This document shows, one piece after another, positions 31,754 to 35,933 of a DNA stretch of 35,933 bases (within the stretch, counting starts at the first letter, position 1; every line of letters starts with the position of its first letter). Position numbers and translations under genes: made by a program. The DNA comes from a virus. The stretch is taken from IMG/VR virus record IMGVR_UViG_3300031565_000174; one strand, 5' to 3'. The notes beneath the pieces are model-generated. The model was not told the DNA's origin, did not search any database, and saw only the letters and a program-made list of their open reading frames with translations.

Positions 31754-32029
31754 ATGGCAAAGAAATTTGAAGTTACCGGATTAAAGAAAAAGCAGTACCG
31801 TGGATCATCGGTGCCAACGGTTGATAAGAAAATCATCAGCGCGGATAATGCTGAGAAGGCTAAGCAGAAGTTTGAAAAGGAAAATCAGTATTACAATGCT
31901 GTTGGGGCAGTAGAATTGGGTGAATTGGATCAGCAAATACGAACTCACGATGCGAAATCAGAAAAAGTAAAAGAAGAGGAAAAGGAAAAACCAGAGAAGG
32001 GGAAGAAAGATGCCGGGCCAACCGAGTGA
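31754..32029 (+). CDS. Lys/Glu-rich hypothetical protein (91 aa)
   Basis: RBS GAGAGGG upstream. Confidence 0.55.
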   Translation: MAKKFEVTGLKKKQYRGSSVPTVDKKIISADNAEKAKQKFEKENQYYNAVGAVELGELDQQIRTHDAKSEKVKEEEKEKPEKGKKDAGPTE

Positions 32030-32516
32030 GTACCGAAGTGCTTTCGAGAAGGCGATCCTGCGGACCGTCAACCGTTTAATCGTTACCGGCCGGAAGCGGG
32101 CGACCCAGAAGGTGAGGGAAGTCTATAACGTTAAGGCTGGTGACTTAAAGCAGAGTACGCGCATATACCGGGCACGGAGAGCGAAACCAGAAGCATTGCT
32201 TGTCATCAGCGGTAAGAAGATGCCTGTTATTCTATTCGGTGCCAGGCAGAGGGCTAAAGGCACATCCGTGCGGATAAAGAAAACAGAGGGACGTAAGCTC
32301 ATTCGCCATGCTTTTATCGCTACCATGAAGAGCGGGAAAATCCAGGTATGGATGCGCAAGGGAACGGCCCGGCTGCCGATCAAGCAATTGTTTACCGTAT
32401 CCCCGCCTAAGATGTTCGAGAAAGAAGGGGAGAAAGCATTCCAGGATATCATCGAAAAGGAGATGAGCCCGACATTTAAACGTGAATTGGAATTTTATTT
32501 AAGCAGGATCACATGA
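32010..32516 (+). CDS. Tail completion protein, lambda gpZ-like
   Basis: VNRLIVTGRKRATQKVREVYNVKAGDLKQSTRIYRA...MPVILFGARQ...HAFIATMKSGKIQVWMRKGTARLPIKQLFTVSPPKMF parallels the recalled lambda Z sequence (INRVASSAISQSASQVARETKVRRKLV...LPVIKLGNARV...GAFIQQLKNGRWHVMQRVAGKNRYPIDVVKIPMAVPL). Confidence 0.6.
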   Translation: MPGQPSEYRSAFEKAILRTVNRLIVTGRKRATQKVREVYNVKAGDLKQSTRIYRARRAKPEALLVISGKKMPVILFGARQRAKGTSVRIKKTEGRKLIRHAFIATMKSGKIQVWMRKGTARLPIKQLFTVSPPKMFEKEGEKAFQDIIEKEMSPTFKRELEFYLSRIT

Positions 32517-32563
32517 ATATTCCATAAGTTGTTTTTGTATGACATGGTAAGGATAGGAGTAAT

Positions 32564-33100
32564 TTGAACACACATAGGGATTTTGTTATTGAATTTGCGA
32601 GAGCAAAGAAAACACCTTATTTCGAAGTTCCGCTCGGTTCTATTTGGGCTAATTATTATAGAAAAAATGGTGTACCAATTGCTGATGTGCTTATTGTTAG
32701 ACCTTCATATACAAAATTCAATATTGATATATTTGAATGTAAGATAAGCCGGGGAGATTTGTTGCACGATATTAGATCAGAAAAATATAAAAAATATTTA
32801 CCATGTTGTAATCGTTTTTATTTTGTTGTGCCGAAGGGGCTAACTGATAAAGAAGAAATCCCCGAAGAGTGCGGGTTGATATTAAAATCTGAGAGATCAT
32901 TTTATACACGAAAATCTGTAATAGCGAGATATCCTGAAATTGATGTTGAGATGTTAATGGCACTAATTTTTTTTAGAGGAAGAACAGATAAAAATTTCGA
33001 ACATAGACGTTGGTTGTCCCATAGGGATTCGAACGAGCTGAAAAAATTAGGTAAGAAAATAAATATTGCATTAAATGAATATAACCACAGACAAGGATGA
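32564..33100 (+). CDS. MmcB-like PD-(D/E)xK nuclease family protein
   Basis: TTG start after AGGAG. ADVLIVRPSYTKFNIDIFECKISRGDLLHDIRSEKYKKYLPCCNRFYFVVPKGL fits the MmcB-family core (D ... E.K.S..Df..D ... Y ... f). Confidence 0.55.
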   Translation: MNTHRDFVIEFARAKKTPYFEVPLGSIWANYYRKNGVPIADVLIVRPSYTKFNIDIFECKISRGDLLHDIRSEKYKKYLPCCNRFYFVVPKGLTDKEEIPEECGLILKSERSFYTRKSVIARYPEIDVEMLMALIFFRGRTDKNFEHRRWLSHRDSNELKKLGKKINIALNEYNHRQG

Positions 33101-33273
33101 TTTAGAGGTAATAAATGGATAGACGTGGATTTATAAAGAACATATATTTAAATCAGTAACGCGGGTCCTTCCTGGCAAAAGAGCCGTACGGGTCAACATG
33201 AGCGCAGAATAGCCTCAGTTATGCACCTTTTTAAAAAGGCAGTTCCGGTTCCGGTTTAATAATAAAAAAATAT

Positions 33274-33786
33274 ATGATAAATGAGAAAAAAAAGAAAATA
33301 CAAGATATTGAAATTACTCAACTTGAGTTGGCTGAAATTCTTAATCTTTCAATTAAAAGAATATATGAATTATCGGAACTGGATATTTTGGATCACAGTC
33401 CCAGGGGTAAATATAATTTAAAGAAGTCAGTTCAAAAATATATTAATTATAGAATTGAATATGAAAGAAATATTTGGGGGGACATAGATAAAGAAGCCAA
33501 AAGGGCGAGGCGAGAAAAGGAAATTGCAGAAGCTGAATTAAAGAGAATAGATGTTCAAATTAAAGAAATTGATCTTGATGTCCTTAGAGGTAAATTGATA
33601 CCTATTGATAAAGTTATTGAAGACGATCAGAAAATTATCAGTTTGGTTAGAACCAGAATATTGGCGATTTCAGCAAAAGTTGCGCCGCTTTTAATTGGAC
33701 TCCGTTCAATTAAGAGGATTAAAACAATCATTGATCCGGAATTACATGAAGCATTAAATGAATTATCAAGGATAAAAAAAGTTTGA
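33274..33786 (+). CDS. terS: Terminase small subunit, Nu1-like
   Basis: N-terminal HTH ITQLELAEILNLSIKRIYELSE, a central coiled coil, and position immediately upstream of and overlapping terL. Confidence 0.7.
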   Translation: MINEKKKKIQDIEITQLELAEILNLSIKRIYELSELDILDHSPRGKYNLKKSVQKYINYRIEYERNIWGDIDKEAKRARREKEIAEAELKRIDVQIKEIDLDVLRGKLIPIDKVIEDDQKIISLVRTRILAISAKVAPLLIGLRSIKRIKTIIDPELHEALNELSRIKKV

Positions 33787-35627
33787 ATTATATAGCAGAA
33801 CGAACAAAAATATTCAAGTCGCCACCCATGCTAAAAGTTTCGGAGTGGGCGGATAAATATCGAGTCCTTTCTTCCAAGGCATCGGCGGAGCCCGGGAGAT
33901 GGCATACGTCCCGCGCGGAATATCAGCGCGGTATAATGGATGCCATCAATGATCCGGACATCGAACAGGTGGTGGCAATGACCTGCGCCCAGATCGGGAA
34001 GACGGAGACACTCGGAAATATCATCGGTTATTTTATTTCCCAGGATCCGGCTCCGATCCTGGTCATACAGCCTACTCTGGAAATGGCGATGACCTGGTCA
34101 AAGGACCGGTTTACGCCAATGATCAGGGATTGTGATATCCTGAAGGGAAAAATAAAAGAATCAAAAACCAGGGATTCAGATAATACGATTCTTCATAAAT
34201 CATTCCCGGGTGGTCACGTTACGATATGCGGCGCCAATTCTCCGGCATCGCTGGCATCCCGGCCGATCAGAGTGGTCTTGTGTGATGAGATTGACAAGTA
34301 TCCGCCCAGCGCCGGCAGCGAAGGAGATCCGGTCAGCCTGGCGCTTAAAAGATCGGCGACATTCTGGAACCGGGTAAATCTTCTTATTTCAACCCCAACC
34401 GTAAAAGGTTTGAGCCGTATAGAGGCAGCCTGGGAAGAATCGGACCAGAGAAGATTTTTCGTTTCCTGTCCTAAATGCAAAAAAACGCAATTTTTAAAAT
34501 GGTCAAATATCGCTTGGTTAAAAGACGATGACGGAAAAAACCTGCCGCATACAACTAAATATAAATGCGAATTTTGCGGGAACTTGTGGGATGATGCCAA
34601 ACGCTGGAATGCCATAAGACATGGCCAGTGGCAGATAACCAGAAAAACTCCGGAACAGAATCTTGTCGCCGGTTTTCATTTGAATGAAATCTATTCTCCC
34701 TGGATACGATTAAGTGAGATGGTTTCAAATTTTTTAAAATCAAAAGACAATCCGGAAATGTTGAAAGCATTTGTCAATACTTCCCTGGGAGAAACCTGGG
34801 AAGAGGAAGGCTTTAAATTAAGCGAAATGGATCTATATGCCAGGCGTGAAAAATATAAGGCCCCGGTACCTAAAGGTGGACTTGTTTTGATAGCCAGCGT
34901 TGACGTCCAGGATGATAGATTAGAAGGCGAAATCGTTGCCTACGGTGAAGGGGAGGAATCCTGGGGAATCGAATATTTTATTATCCACGGGGATCCGGGA
35001 AGGCGAAGGGTATGGGATGACCTGGACAGGAAACTGGCCTCAACTTACAGACATGAGGATGATCTTGAATTGAGAATTGCCTGCACGTGCATAGATTCCG
35101 GCGGCCATTTTACTAATCAGGTATATGCATTTTGTAAGGGTAAGGAATTCCGGAGGATTTATGCGATTAAAGGAGCGAACACACCGGGAAAGCCGATTGT
35201 TTCCCGGCCGTCAAAATCAAATAAAGCCCGGATTAAATTATTTACCGTCGGTACCGATACGGCAAAGGAATTGATTTTTTCCAGGCTAAAAATGAAGGAT
35301 CCCGGGCCTGGATATATGCATTTTCCCAAAGGTTATGATGATGAATATTTCTCCCAGCTAACCGCGGAAAAGGCAACGACGAAATATACCAGGGGATTTC
35401 CGCATAGGGTATGGGTAAAAAAACCGGGCCAGCGCAATGAAGCTCTGGATATTAGAGTTTATAACCTGGCAGCATTGATTATCTTGAATCCAATGTTCAA
35501 GAAGATTGCCGAAAGTTTTTCCAGGAAGAAAAAAACAAAAGAAGATCCGGAGATAGTCACTAAAAAATCTAATACAGTAAAAAGACCCAGGCGGAAAAAC
35601 AGCTGGGCTTATGGCTGGAAAACATGA
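33783..35627 (+). CDS. terL: Terminase large subunit, lambda GpA family
   Basis: 614 aa, TTG start overlapping the terS stop. Walker-A-like AQIGKTE, a VVLCDEIDKY acidic box, and the zinc-finger-like CPKC...CEFCG typical of GpA-family terminases. Confidence 0.85.
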   Translation: MNYIAERTKIFKSPPMLKVSEWADKYRVLSSKASAEPGRWHTSRAEYQRGIMDAINDPDIEQVVAMTCAQIGKTETLGNIIGYFISQDPAPILVIQPTLEMAMTWSKDRFTPMIRDCDILKGKIKESKTRDSDNTILHKSFPGGHVTICGANSPASLASRPIRVVLCDEIDKYPPSAGSEGDPVSLALKRSATFWNRVNLLISTPTVKGLSRIEAAWEESDQRRFFVSCPKCKKTQFLKWSNIAWLKDDDGKNLPHTTKYKCEFCGNLWDDAKRWNAIRHGQWQITRKTPEQNLVAGFHLNEIYSPWIRLSEMVSNFLKSKDNPEMLKAFVNTSLGETWEEEGFKLSEMDLYARREKYKAPVPKGGLVLIASVDVQDDRLEGEIVAYGEGEESWGIEYFIIHGDPGRRRVWDDLDRKLASTYRHEDDLELRIACTCIDSGGHFTNQVYAFCKGKEFRRIYAIKGANTPGKPIVSRPSKSNKARIKLFTVGTDTAKELIFSRLKMKDPGPGYMHFPKGYDDEYFSQLTAEKATTKYTRGFPHRVWVKKPGQRNEALDIRVYNLAALIILNPMFKKIAESFSRKKKTKEDPEIVTKKSNTVKRPRRKNSWAYGWKT

Positions 35628-35836
35628 ATAGATCAAATGATAATGGACGGGGAGGAAGACCGAAAACCGATAATCCGAAAGTACATCTCCCGCGGGTGAA
35701 ATGTTATCAAAATACTCTGACGGGAATGGAAAAAATTGCCCGTAAAAAGGAAAGAAATTTAAGTGATGTTTACCAGGAAGCACTTGATTTTTACCTTCGC
35801 ATGGAAGAAAAAAGCGGTTTATCCGTCACATTATGA
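35624..35836 (+). CDS. Ribbon-helix-helix (CopG/Arc-like) DNA-binding protein (70 aa)
   Basis: ATGA overlap with terL. VHLPRVKCYQNTLTGMEKIARKKERNLSDVYQEALDFYL has a strand-helix-helix pattern. Confidence 0.5.
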   Translation: MNRSNDNGRGGRPKTDNPKVHLPRVKCYQNTLTGMEKIARKKERNLSDVYQEALDFYLRMEEKSGLSVTL

Positions 35837-35884
35837 TAAAAAGTGAACTTTTTTTAAACTTTTTTTAATCTGCATCTAGTTTTA

Positions 35885-35924
35885 GGGTACCCAAAAACCT
35901 CATATAGGGGGTTTTTGGGTACCC
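35885..35924. repeat. Perfect 15-bp inverted repeat GGGTACCCAAAAACC / GGTTTTTGGGTACCC with a 10-nt spacer
   Basis: Read directly. The 3' arm (35910-35924) equals window positions 17-31. Confidence 0.9.
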
Positions 35925-35933
35925 CAAAACCTC
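35894..35933. repeat. Terminal direct repeat, second copy (identical to 1-40)
   Basis: Read directly. Confidence 0.95.

Noticed and set aside
1-35933. Genome-wide stop-codon reassignment (alternative genetic code) to explain the in-frame TAAs
   Set aside because: TAA ends many well-delimited genes here (portal, endolysin, u-spanin, 6868-7200, 7224-7697 and others), with the next gene starting immediately after. TGA and TAG also terminate genes normally. I saw no suppressor tRNA.
1-35933. tRNA, rRNA or tmRNA genes anywhere in the window
   Set aside because: Scanning the intergenic gaps by eye showed no cloverleaf-compatible GTTCRANYC T-loop contexts or rRNA-like segments. A tRNAscan-SE/ARAGORN run would be needed for certainty.

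Overview
All calls below come from reading the sequence and ORF track and from remembered family motifs. No search, fold or HMM was run.

The window looks like a complete, circularly closed dsDNA tailed-phage genome of about 35.9 kb. Bases 1-40 are identical to 35894-35933.

Gene order around the circle:
- Packaging and head (33.3 kb through the junction to 5.5 kb): Nu1-like TerS, GpA-like TerL, a small RHH protein, gpW-like joining protein, lambda-family portal, one ORF fusing an HK97-type prohead protease, a coiled coil and a capsid domain, then FII-like and U-like connectors.
- Lysis cassette (5.5-6.9 kb) embedded inside the morphogenesis operon: TM protein, holin-like protein, M15 endolysin and a u-spanin-like lipoprotein.
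- Tail region (6.9-19.2 kb): a beta-helix tailspike, a low-GC island of exported proteins that includes an LRR protein broken by one in-frame TAA, G/GT-type chaperones with a TTTTTTA -1 slippery site, the tape measure, a CBM-bearing distal tail protein and two tandem paralogs.
- Minus-strand immunity module (19.2-21.0 kb): CI-type repressor, lipoprotein and NYN-domain nuclease.
- Early region (21-33 kb): small genes, including HTH regulators, an HNH endonuclease, a replication initiator with internal 11-bp-phased iterons, VRR-NUC, Gp37/Gp68, Zn-ribbon proteins, a displaced gpZ-like tail gene and an MmcB-like nuclease.

I found no integrase, partition genes, reverse transcriptase, CRISPR array, tRNA or rRNA.

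Items most worth a second look:
- A roughly 260-nt highly structured, ORF-poor element between the repressor and cro-like genes.
- The separately promoted NYN nuclease behind a terminator-like, RBS-sequestering leader.
- Two in-frame TAA interruptions.
- A strong internal start inside the protease-capsid fusion.
- The GGGTACCC palindrome array next to the RHH gene.
- Iterons inside the replication gene.
- A 61-bp direct repeat bracketing a 1.7-kb cassette.
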